DNA from: Negaprion brevirostris
Taxonomy: Eukaryota
NCBI GenBank assembly: GCA_030324005.1
Contig: JARDVH010000132.1
Coordinates: 80,183,156-80,247,155, forward strand
Direction of reading: 5' to 3'
Length of the DNA: 64,000 bases
Each line of letters begins with the position of its first letter. The stretch's first letter is position 1. The notes below the pieces were generated by a model. That model was not told the origin of the DNA. It saw nothing but the letters and a program-made list of their open reading frames with translations, and ran no database searches. The translations under genes were made by a program, and so were the position numbers. This document shows, piece by piece, positions 12,840 through 24,267 of the stretch.

Positions 12840-13955
12840 CTAACAGCTGCTACTGAAAAGCAGCAGAGATTATGATCTGAAATTTTTGAACTAGGTTTTG
12901 AATCTAGAAACCTATTTGAAGACAAAAGTGCTGTTTCTTCATCTTACATTGATCTTCATTTGATCAGTGTAGCAAGACAAGCACATAAACTTGACCGTGC
13001 ATTGGAGAGTTAAAATTAAAGGCAACTTGGGGGGAGGGGTCGTACTTCCAAACTGAATGGTGATGTTCTGCAAAGTGATCAAAATCTATCTGATTGACAA
13101 AACTCAATCTATGTTTGATTTCCCCAGTGGGGAAGGGAGTCAGTGGGCTGATGGTGAATATTGGTCAAAAGTTTCAACTGCTCATTCTCCACTATTTCCA
13201 AAGATTCTTTCCCCTTTGCGACACTATAATCCTACCATAATTACCACAACAGCCACACCACTTCTCATGACATGTTTCCACAAGAAATACAATATATGCC
13301 CTTTTTACTACTTTCCTCCTCACCATCCAAAGTCCAAACACACCTTCCAGAGGACATAGCAATATACATGTACTACTTTCACTTTAATTCACTGCTCACA
13401 ATGTGTCTCCTCGACACTGAGTTAACCAAACTGAGATTGGGTGACTGCTTTGCAATCATGAAGTATAACTCTGAATTTTTACTCACATGTCTTTTTAAAT
13501 CACTGTCCCAGTTAAATACTGGCCTTTTTGTCCTCTGCCATCTGTACAGTTCCAGTGAAACTCAATGTAAGCGCAAGCAACAGCATCCCATCTTTCAACT
13601 GGGCATTTTACAGCGTTCCAGATTAAACATTAAGTTCAACAATTTTAGATCATATCCTCTTCTTATCCTTTTTCTTGACATTGGTGCTCATGTTGTTTCT
13701 ACTTTTACATGTATGCTTCCTCTCCAAATTGTTTTTCTTCCTTCATCTGCCTCATTACTATCTCTTTTTTGCCATCACTATTGTCACTTAATTACTTCTG
13801 CTTTCCATCCTATTGTGGACCTTACCCTGCCTGTTTAGAAACAGTTACATCTCTTAACACTTCCAATTCTGACAAAGAATCATTGATCTGAAATGTTTCT
13901 TTCTCCAGAGTTACTGCCAGACCTGTATATTTGCTCAATATCATTTTCTGCTATA
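12840..13955 (+). mobile_element. Penelope-like element remnant (GIY-YIG endonuclease C-terminus), apparently with an inverted left portion
   Basis: Remnants TKLRLGDCFA...ETQCKRKQQHPIFQLGILQRSRLNIKFNNFR and CPF...KHTFQ resemble PLE GIY-YIG; ends in a degenerate ctgac...gaaatgtt motif. Confidence 0.65.
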
Positions 13956-14461
13956 CCTGTCTGTTTACATAATTCAGAAAGTTTTAATGACAATTCAGTA
14001 ATCTAAGTCATTTTTTGATCCTTCATTTGAAGGTGGAAATCTAATCTGTCTTATTGAGGCAATGCTTTTTGTGTATTTCAGAAGATATTTGACATTACAA
14101 AGACTGAATAGTTTTAATGCTTCTGCCTCCAACAATGTAGCTTCAAATTACCTGTAAATGCAATAGCAAATTACATTTTTTGTATGCTGTGGTGGAAAAA
14201 GTAAAGCGGTCCTTCAAGCTATTATGATTTTTGCTATTTAATTTTCTGAACTTTACAGATTAATGTTGAAATGGGCCCAGTCATGACACTATTAATTTGC
14301 TTTTTGTGCATGTATCTAAATGAGGAATAAACGTTTCAATTCAAGGTAGAATATGTGAACAATGTGAGCATAGAATAGCAGTTAAATGGTCGTTTTCAGA
14401 AAATTAGATCTTGCTTTTGAACAAATCTCTTAGATAATAACCAATGATCTTTCATTTTCAG

Positions 14462-14584
14462 GTTCTCACAGAAATCAGTCACACGTGGACCAATATGGAA
14501 TTTTCATATGAAGAGCACCATAGAACGGGTTCCCCTCTATTAAAGTTTGATGAAGAACTGATTGAAATTCTAGATGACAGCCAA
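14462..14584 (+). CDS. DNAH11: DNAH11 exon E (VLTEISHTW...EILDDSQ)
   Basis: ttttcag acceptor, CAA|gtatga donor, 123 nt. Confidence 0.93.
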
Positions 14585-15018
14585 GTATGACTCTTTAATT
14601 TTATCTCTTATTGAGGCAATGCTATCACTGAAGGTACAAATGAGGTTAACCTAACTCAAAGTCCATGGAAGCTAAAATTGGGTGTGAAATGGGTGGCCAA
14701 TCATATTATATCAGTTTTGCTACAAGTAGGTCAGGTTTAAAATATGTCTCAGAAGAGAAATTGGATCTTGCTATGGCCATATTTTGGGATGCAAAGCAGA
14801 AGAAATAAAACCAATTTTGCAGTGCTAAGCCCAACATCCAAAGGCAGCTAAAACTCACCCCCTATCATACTGAATTGTGCAATTTTTAGATACCTCTGAT
14901 GGCCTACAAAAATGCATTGGTCAGCCTGTACATATTAATAAAGGGCCCAATACCTGTTTCAGAACGTCTCTTAGAATTTCTTTACGACTGAGTGAAACAT
15001 GTTTGAGTCACGTTTTTC

Positions 15019-15308
15019 AGTGGCCTAACCACAGTGCCTCACAGCACCAGGGACCCAGGTTCAATTCCCAGCTTGGGTCACTGTCTGTGCAGAGTCGGCA
15101 TGTTCTCCGATGTCTGCCTCTGGGTGCTCTGGTTTCCTCCCACAGTCTGAAAGATGTGCTGGTTAGATGCATTGGCCATGCTAAATTCTCCCTCCCTGTA
15201 CTGAACAGGCACCGGAGTGTGATGACTAGGAGATTTTCACAGTAACTTCATTGCAATGTTAATGTAAGCTTGTTTGTGACATTAATAAATAAACTTAAAA
15301 ACTTTAAA
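15019..15308 (+). mobile_element. tRNA-derived V-SINE-type element, tail type B
   Basis: B-box gggttcaattccc, core ggtttcctcccacagtctgaaagatgtg, tail ttttcacagtaacttcattgc...aataaataaactt. Confidence 0.8.
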
Positions 15309-15439
15309 TATCAATTCATAAACGTTGAACCAAAGGAAATGGTAAAGCTATTCCCTACTTAACGAGGCTCTCTGACTTCTGACCTGCTCCCAGAAAGCTT
15401 ACCATTGTGCCACATTGTTAATAGGTTTTATCAAAGAAT

Positions 15440-16170
15440 ATGGAGAGACAATACATGCTAGATGGTGCAATTTTAAAGTGGGTGCAGAGCAGAGAGGTCT
15501 TGGGTTGTTTGTGCATTAACTTTTGAAGGTGTCAAGACAGGTAAATAATGTTGGATTCTGAGCTTTATAAATAAAGATATAAAATGCAATAGACAGGAAG
15601 TTGTGCTAAACCTAACTGAAACACCTCGGTTGACCACAGCCAGAGTATTGTATTCAATCTGTGAACCACATGTGACAGCTTTGGAAAGGGTACAGAAGAA
15701 ATTGATAAGTGGTTCAGTGACAAGGGATTACAGTTGCCTGGAGAAGCTGGGGTGGTTCCCGAGTGCAGAGAATGGCCAAGAAGAAATTTGATAGAGGTGT
15801 TTAAAATCACAAAGGGTTTATTGTGTGACATTACAGGAAACTGTTTCCAATGGAATAAGTGTCAATAGCCAGAGGACACATTTTAGATGATTGACAAAAA
15901 AAACCCAGGGAGAAAACATTTTTATGCTGTCGTGATTAGGCAGTCTGTAGTTAGAATTTGGAATGTACAACCTGACCGGTGGTGGATACAGATTCAATAG
16001 TAGCCTTCAATGGAGAATTGGGTAAATGCGTAAGGAGATTTTTAAAATTTGCAGCGATATGGGGAAAGAGCAGGGACTGGACCTATCTGAATTTCTTGAC
16101 AAAAGAGCTAACAGATGTGATGGGCTGAATGGTCTTTCCTGTCCTATTCTCTTATTCCATGATTTCTGAG
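15440..16170 (+). mobile_element. Degraded CR1 LINE 3' portion
   Basis: ALERVQKK...LEKLGWF remnant and CR1 tail gatgggctgaatggtctttcctgt. Confidence 0.7.
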
Positions 16171-16609
16171 TTAGCTGAAATACTAGAAATGTCTTTAAAG
16201 ATGTATTTTTATGAATGAACAGTAGAATGTACTAATGGCGTAATGGGTGTGAAATTGATTTTTATAGCAGCCATCGAAATAGAGGTGTGGCATTTGCATT
16301 TTCTTATCATTTTCTCAGCTATAAGGATCAATCTTATAACAGAGAGCTCTCTTAAAAACAAAATACTGTGGACACTGGAGGTCTGAAATAAAAACAAAGT
16401 TCTGTAAAAACTCAGCAGGTCTGGTAGCCCCTGTGGAGGGAGAAACAAAATGAACGTTTTAAGTCCAGTATGACTTTTTGAAACTCTGAAGGGTTCTGAA
16501 GAAGCCATATTGGATTCAAAATTTCTTTTCCTTGCTCCACAAATGCTTCTTCCTCTTACTCTTGTATTAATTATAAAAAAAATTATTTTTGTTTCTTCTT
16601 GCCTTATAG

Positions 16610-16834
16610 GTACAATTACAAGTTATACTACTGAGCAAACATGTAGAGTATTTCATTGACCAAGTCTCAACCTGGCAAAAAAAGCTGACAGTGGCAGACT
16701 CTGTCATCTTTATCTGGATGGAGGTCCAGCGCACATGGTCTCACCTTGAGAGCATTTTCATTGGATATGAGGACATTCGAAACCAACTTCCTGAAGACGC
16801 CAAGCGATTTGATGAAATAGATTTGGACTTCAAG
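16610..16834 (+). CDS. DNAH11: DNAH11 exon F ([15 protein letters not shown]...[10 protein letters not shown]), linker
   Basis: ttatag acceptor, AAG|gttgaa donor, 225 nt; [15 protein letters not shown] motif. Confidence 0.95.
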
Positions 16835-16924
16835 GTTGAATTATTATTTTATTTTGTCTTATTTTTAAGTTAATATGTCATTTTTAAAAGTTATCAATCT
16901 AGATTTTCCTCATTGCAATAATAC

Positions 16925-19200
16925 TGCCAATGGAGAATTGTTACAGTGCAGAAGGAGGCCATTCAGCCCATTGTCTCTGCACTGATCCTTGGAATGAGCA
17001 TTTCACCTAGTGCCATCCTCCTGTCTTCTCTCTGTAACCCTGCACGTTGTTTTCTTTTTCAAATAACCATCTAATTCTCCCTTGAATCCCTTGATTGAAT
17101 CTCTTTCCACCACATTGTCAGGCAGTACATTCCAGATCCTAACCATTCGCTGTGTGAAAACTTTTTTTTCCTCTCACTTTGCTTCCTTTACCACTTAAAT
17201 CTGTGCCTTCTGTTCTCAATCCTTCGACCAGTGGGAACAGTTTCTCCCTCTCTATTGTGTCCAGGCTCCCTCTCAAGATCTCGAATATTTCTATCAGATG
17301 TTCATTCCTGGAATCATTATCATAAATTTCTTCTGCACTCTCTCCGTTGCATTCATGTCCTTCCTAAAATGTGTGCCTAAATGCCCAGGACTGCATGCAG
17401 TACTCCAGCTGAGGTCTAACTAGTGTCTTATACAAGCTCAACATAACCTCCTTACTCTTGTTCTCTACATCCGTGTTAATAAAGTGTAGGATGCTCTATA
17501 CTTTATTAACTGCACTCAACCTGTCCTACCAGCTTTAATGATTTTATAAACATTTACACCCATGTCCCTCTGCTCCTACTCCCACTTTAGAATTGTACTA
17601 TTTAGTTTGTACTGTCTCTCCAAAGACTCCTCTTGGATCTTATACTATCCTTTATTTATTTTGTAAGCCATGGTTGGGATGCTTGTTGTGCTTTTGTGCC
17701 AGAAAGAAATGTATATCTGTTGCAATGCATACATTAGTTCCTTAAATATTAACCATTGCCTATCCACCATCATGTCTTTTCATGAAGTCCCCCAGTCTTT
17801 CTTACTAACTCACATTTGTACCTTCGTAGTTTCCTTTGTTTAGGTGTAGGAACCTAGTTCATCTGGGTCACTACCGCTAATCAAATTTTTCCAGCTTGTA
17901 TGTAGATTAATATCACCCATGGCTATTGCTGTCCCTTTATCACAAGCAATCAATATTTCTTCTTGTATGCTTTGTCCTACATTGTGGTTACTGTTAGGGG
18001 GCCTAATGCTCCCTGTAGTAACGCTTTTCCTCTTCTGTTCTTTGTCTTCACCCAAACCGATTCAACATCCTGATCTGCTGAACCAAGGTCGTCTCTAACA
18101 ATTGTACCGTTGCCATCCCTATCAACAATGCTCTCCCTCCACATTTACCTAGCTTCCTCTTCTTCTTGAATGTCTATACCTCTCATTATACAGGGCCCAA
18201 TCCTTGTCATCCTGCAGCCACATCTCCGAAATGGCTATCAGATCACATTTATTTACTTCAATGTGCGCCATCATTTGTATTCTTATTCATTGAATCCTCC
18301 TTCATTCATTCATCAATACAGTTTGTACAAAGTTGAGGCCCCAACACTGATTTCAGTGACACTTCATTTGTTGCAGTTTGGCAACCCGAAAATGAATGAT
18401 TTATCCTGACGCTCTGTTTCCTGTTAGTTAGCCAATCCGCTATTCACACTTGGATATCACCCCCAACACCATGAGCTCTTTTTAATGTGACACCTTACTG
18501 AAAGCCTTTTTGAAATCCAAAAACACTACCTCTATTGATTCCCCTTTGTTCATCTTTGCATCCTCAAAGAATTCTAATAAATTTGCCAAACATGATTTCC
18601 CTTTCACAAAACGTTGTTGAGTCTAAACATTCTTCTTAAGAATGGATTCTAGTATTTTTCCAATGACAGACGTTGGACTAACTGGCTTGCAGTTTCCTCC
18701 TTTCTTAAATTGGAATATTAGATTTGCAGTTTTCCAATCTGCTGGGACCTTTCCAGATTCCAGGAAATTTTGGAAGATTACAACCAATGCATCCAAATAC
18801 CTGCAACTGCTTCTTTTATGACCCTGGAATGCAGAGTATCAGATTCAGGTATTAGAGTCAGCTGTTCACATGTTGGGTGAAGAATGAATCTGGAGCCAGT
18901 CTTTTTCTTAACATTGATTTATTCACAAAACCGCAGGCACAGACTGTCCTTTTCCTCTCCCCCATAGTGGTGGGAACATTAACTTCCCTAATCTTTGCCT
19001 AATTAGTAACAGCATGCTCTTGCTTACAAACGAAAGCATGCACTTCATTGTAACAGGATTCCAACATTAACACAGGGGACTTGTCAGCCTTGAACCCCAT
19101 TAGTTTTCATGATTTTAAGTTCCTCCCTCCTTTTTGCTCTTCAATCTTATGCTACTCTTGAGATGCTTTTTGTGACTCCTACTGTGAAGATAGATACAGA
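16925..19200 (-). mobile_element. Cluster of degraded minus-strand CR1 fragments
   Basis: Reverse CR1 tail at about 16940 (cagtgcagaaggaggccattcagccc); endonuclease remnant (AMGDINL) near 17900; RT remnants 18330-18850. Confidence 0.7.
18850..19072 (-). mobile_element. 223-bp solo LTR-like insertion inside a CR1
   Basis: Ends TATTA.../...TAACA (degenerate TG...CA), 4-bp TSD cagg at 18846-18849 and 19073-19076, minus-strand AATAAA near 18918. Confidence 0.65.
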
Positions 19201-20226
19201 TCAGGCTGGATTTGACCGAATAAAAGCAGCATCTTCAATTAGGGTGTGAGAACATGCTTGTACTTAAAAGCATAGATGGGTTCAGATAAGAAAAGTGTGG
19301 CTACTCCTAATTTTATTCAAAGTGGAGATCTAATAAGGATGTATAGTAGCCAATAAATATTCCATAGCCTAATGTTATCTATTAAAAACATAGTGTGGTG
19401 GCATGAATGAGGGCTGTGCTTCCCAAGGAACAACATTGCCTTTAAAAAAGTAATTGCACCAGGAGTGGAAGAGGTTGTTCCCCAGCCCGATGAACATGAA
19501 CTGTAAGATTAGGGGAAATAAGGCCGGTGGGGGTTTCAGTCAGACAACAGAGACTCAGCTCAGTGAGTTTGAGAGAAGCTGGGGGTTGAAGAACTCAAGA
19601 ATGTATGATCTTTCTTTATGTTTCAAGCATTCAAATATCGTGTTTGGAAGTTGGATTGATCTAAACCCACCGGTGGTAAAAAAAAATAGAAATTGCCACA
19701 TTGTTGGGACTATGTAACTAGCAGTATAAGAATTGGGATCGAATCTCTAAAGAAAAAGATAGAGGAAATACTGAGAACCTCTGCAAGAAGCCGACGCAAG
19801 TGAAGACCAACCAGATCCTTGAAGCCCAGACGAACACCTGACTACTTGTGAAGCAAGTTGCCCAGAGTTGGGTATTTGACACAATACTCCTTTTATATAC
19901 TGCCAGCCTCTCAAACTTTCTGAATTCAATTTCTCATTCTCTCTCCCTTGCTGAGTTTAGTCTCTTTCTCCTGCTCATTCACACTCCCCCTCTCTCACTG
20001 AGCTCAGACTGTCTCTTTTTTCCCTCCTTTGATATTTGCCAGGCAGAGGATGAGAGGGATATCTGAAATTTTACTATTCTACTGNNNNNNNNNNNTGTGT
20101 GTGTGTGTCGGGGTGGGGGGGGCGGTGGTCATATACTTATGGATTGAACCCTCATTCATCCGATGCATTTAATTATTATTTTAAATCTACAGACTCATTC
20201 CTGCTGTCTTATTGTTTTTTTAAAAG

Positions 20227-20318
20227 GAATTAATGTCTGAAACAGCCCAAACAAAGAATGTTATTGAAGCAACAAATACACCAAAATTATATGAAAAACT
20301 CGAAGCTCTTCAGCAAAG
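20227..20318 (+). CDS. DNAH11: DNAH11 exon G (ELMSETAQTKNVIEAT...LEALQQR)
   Basis: T-tract + aag acceptor, AG|gtaagg donor, 92 nt, phase 0/2. Confidence 0.92.
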
Positions 20319-20559
20319 GTAAGGATTTTAGTACTGTGTTTAACACAATCAGATGTGCATGTTTACAGCCAGCTTTGTCTATGCTTTGTTGATTATTTGG
20401 ATCCCTTAAACTTAAAAGATGGATTATTGGAGAGAATAGTTTCAATTTTGAGAAAGAGCAGTTCTCTCTTTCAGTAAAATCTTCCTGATTTGTGGACTGA
20501 ATTCTAAGGGTAGTTCTGAACCACTGATAAAACTCTACTATTGCAAAATCAGAAATGCA

Positions 20560-21585
20560 TTGATTACAATGGACTCTCTGCTGGTTGGAGTCCATATTTG
20601 GAACTATGGCTATTTGAGGGCAGTCATCTCAACTCCAGAACATCACTGCAAGAGTTCCTCAGGGTAATGTCCAGATCAGTGATCTTCATTCCATCATAAG
20701 GTCAGAAGTGGGTATGTTCACTGATGATTGCATAATGTTCAGCACCAGTCCTGATTCCTCAGATATTGAAGCAGTCCATATCCAAATGCAGCAAGACTTG
20801 GACAATATCCAGGTTTGGGCTGACAAGTGGCATGTAACATTCATGCCATATAAGTGCCAGGCAACGACCATCTCGAAAAGAGAGAATCTAACTATGGCCC
20901 CTTGACATTCACTGACATCACACCATCGTTGAGTCTCCACTGTCAACATCCTGAGAGTTACCACTGACCAGAAACTGAACTGGACTAGTTGTGTAAATAC
21001 TGTTGCTACAAAGGCAGCTCAGAGGGTGGAAATCCTGCAGCAAGTAACTCACCTCCTGATTCCTCAAAGCCAGTGCACAAGTTAGTATTGTGATGGATTA
21101 GTCTCTACTTGCTTTGACAAGTGCAGCTCCAATAGCACTCAAGAAACTTGACACCATCCAAGACAAATTAGCCTACTTAATTGGCAGCCCATCCATAAAC
21201 ATTCACTCGCTCCACCACTGATGCACAATAATAGCTGTGTGTAATATCTACAATGTGCAATGCAGGGACTCACCAAGGCTCCTTACATAGCACCTTCCAA
21301 GCCCATGAACAGTATAATCTAGAAGGACAGGGTCAGCAGATACATGGGAACATCACCGCTGGCAAGTTTAGGTCCAAGCCATTCACGATTCTGACTTGAA
21401 AATATATCACTCTTTCTTCACTGACGCTGGTCAAAATTATGGAAGTTACTCCCTAGCAGCACAGTTTGTGCACATACATCATGTGGAGTGCAGTGGTTCA
21501 TGAAGGTAGCTCACTAACATCTCTTGGGCAATTAGGAATGGACAATAAATGCTGACCTGGTCAGCGATACCCATGTCCCATGAGC
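20560..21585 (+). mobile_element. Degraded LINE of a second, CR1-like family
   Basis: GMFTDDC RT motif, QQDLDNIQVWADKW; tail gggcaattagg...caataaatgctg; related pieces at about 4575-4690(-), 23290-23600(-) and 45735-45805(-). Confidence 0.75.
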
Positions 21586-21716
21586 ACCAAAGGAGAAAGA
21601 ACTCATTAAAGAGACAAGAGTCCTGAGAGGACCAAATTTAATTTGAATGTTAACTGTTTAGAAAAAAAGCCATTGAAAATGAAAGTAGCTGATGTAGCAG
21701 GAGAAATAAGCAAGAT

Positions 21717-22034
21717 GGGTGGCACGGTAGCACAGTGGTTAGCACTGCTGCCTCACAGCTCCAGGGGCCCAGATTTAATTCCTGGCTTGGGTCACTGTCT
21801 GTGAGGAGTCTGCACGTTCTCCCTGTGTCTGCGTGGGTTTCCTCTGGGTGCTCCGGGTTCCTTCCACAGTCCAAAGATGTGCAGATTAGGTTGATTGGCC
21901 ATGCTAAATTAACCCTTAGTGTCCCAGGATGTGATAGGTAAGAGAGATTAGCAGTGTAGCTCAGCGGAGATAGGGCTTGGGTGGTATTGTTGTCGGTGCA
22001 GACTCAATGGGCTGAATGGCCTCCTTCTGCACTG
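21717..22034 (+). mobile_element. Full-length HE1-like V-SINE, tail type A (CR1-derived)
   Basis: Head gtggcacggtagcacagtggttagcactgctgcctcacagctccagg; core; tail gggctgaatggcctccttctgcactg...ttctatgattct. Confidence 0.85.
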
Positions 22035-23601
22035 AAGGGTTTCTATGATTCTAAGATGTGAATAGCACCAAATTGTGGACATTAAGTTTTCCAGGACCAT
22101 CTTGGTATTTTTGGGACAAAGAGAACACTTGCAATTAAAGCAAAGAATGCATAATTCCTTAACTTTTTTTGCATCTGTTAAATACATTATCAAACAAACA
22201 AAGAACAACATTCATAGTAACTTTTAAAAGACTCCTAAAGATGAAAAAAATGAAGAATTCTGGAAATAACAATTGGAATTAGAAGTTGCTGAAAACATAT
22301 TTCAAGTCTACCAGCACCTGGAAAGAGAAGGAAATCTTATTGATTCTGTTGAAGGATGGCTGATAAAAAAAATCTCTTTCCTTTCTTTCTGAATTATATT
22401 GGGTTTACTTTTCTTGTTTTTTTCTTGGCATTTTCTGTTTTTCTTTTAATATGTCTGAGGTAATGGATTTCCAATAAACTCAATAGAACAGTGAGAGTAT
22501 GATGATTTTCTGCCCCTTTAATCTCATACTATTATTGACCCAACATGTTTTATGGGCCCTTTTAAAACTGTACATTAATGACAGGAATGATTTTCCTGTC
22601 CTGTATTTGAGTGTGCTCCGTGCCCAGAAACAGGGTGAAAGAAAAAGAGGAGGGTCGTCATGATGTTGGGTCTCTTTTCTTTGAGTTATCCCAGGAATTT
22701 TGGGACTTCTCTTCAGGTGGAGTGACATGCCTTGAACTATAACAAACAGGAAAGGAGCATAGGTTGGAGGATGCGTTCCTTGCATTTCAGTCTCATCTTC
22801 CTGTGCCAGGAGGGAACCAAACTGCAAAGGCATTGGAGGAATTTTGTTGACGAACATTTCACCTGGATTCTTTTAGAGCTGAGGAACTGAGGGGGACAGG
22901 CATAAGGCTGTGGAAACCTAAGAAAGTAAGGAAGTATCTGGATCTGGAGGCATTCTGCCCAAAGGAAGGTCAGCAGTGGAGTTGATTATGCATTCTAATA
23001 ATCTTGATCAGAAATATGGTGGGTTCAGGTTTCTGCATGCAGAATGTACTTCAAGTACGCTCTGTGTACCAGTGTCCAGGAGAATGGAAACTTGCACATC
23101 TGTCTCCTTGACTCTCATTCTGAATGGACAACACAAATATACTCATTCCTTACATTAAAGGTATGGGTAAGCATAGGATTATAATGCAAACATTTAATTG
23201 TAACTTAATTAGATATAAATTGCAATTATAGAGCACCTTTCATGTCCTCAGGACATTTCAATAAACCTCGGTCATTTTTAAAAATATTTTTGTGAGAGAC
23301 GAGCTTTGCTGACAAAGGCATTTATTGCGCATCCCTAATTTCCCTGGAGAATAGTCAGAATGCTGTGTGGCTTGGAGGAACACCAGATAGTGGTGTTCAC
23401 ATACACCTTCTTTCCATATCCTCCTGGGTATCAAGGTTGTGGATTAAAACATTCTGTCAAAGGAATCTTGATGAATTGCTGCACTGCATCCTGCAGGTGA
23501 AGAATGCGAATGTTTATGGCAGTGGATGGGGTACCAATCCAGTGGGCTACTTGTCCTGAGGTGTGTTGAGCTTATTGGAGATGCAGTCAACCAGGCAAGT
23601 G

Positions 23602-23779
23602 AATCATGCAATCCCTACAGTGCAGAATGAAGCCAGTTGGCCCATTGAGTCTATACCAACCACGATCCCACCCAAACCCTATTCCCGTAACCCCACACAT
23701 TTAGCCTGCTAATCCCCCGACACTAGGGTCAATTGTAGCCAATAGGGCCAATCAACCTAACCCCCAAATCTTTGGACTT
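23602..23779 (-). mobile_element. 3' part of an HE1-like SINE
   Basis: Reverse complement of the SINE core and tail (ggccaatcaacctaacc...tttggact). Confidence 0.75.
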
Positions 23780-24140
23780 AGCTAGCTGCATAGTTGCTTT
23801 AAAAGATGCATGGGGCTATAAATTGGAGACTAGTTAGAATAGCCCTTGCATGATTAAAATACGTATTTAATCAATTGAACAAAATGAGGCATTTTAGTAA
23901 GCATTAACTTCTCAGATCATTTTTATATTGATGTTTAATATTCAGCGCTGAAATGATACCGGGAGGGCAGGAGGCCAGACATTTTCCTTCAGATTGCATC
24001 ACAGTTGGCTCGACCCATGTAGGTTGTAGACTGCCTTGGAGAGTTAGGAGGTTTATTAAGAATTTTTAGTATTTTTGTAGTATGGTCACAGTTCTAATGA
24101 AGAGGAATTAAAACACAATTGAATCTCTCTTTTCCTGTAG

Positions 24141-24267
24141 GTTAGCCCTGTGTGAAAAGGCTTTAACTGAGTATCTTGAAACTAAGCGTTTAGCTTTCCC
24201 AAGGTTTTACTTTGTGTCCTCGGCAGACCTCCTGGATATCCTTTCCAAAGGAACACAGCCTGAACAG
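24141..24267 (+). CDS. DNAH11: DNAH11 exon H ([26 protein letters not shown]...GTQPEQ)
   Basis: cctgtag acceptor, CAG|gtctgt donor, 127 nt; conserved FPRFYF motif. Confidence 0.96.

Noticed and set aside
13272-13838. 188-aa ORF as a nested host gene
   Set aside because: It is a chance-open frame through a degraded Penelope-like GIY-YIG region; the GIY-YIG signature is not intact
19200-20080. Possible second LTR-like element
   Set aside because: Composition is suggestive, but I could not define termini or a TSD
21717-21790. tRNA genes suggested by A/B-box sequences
   Set aside because: These are tRNA-derived SINE heads continuing into SINE core and tail; I saw no complete cloverleaf
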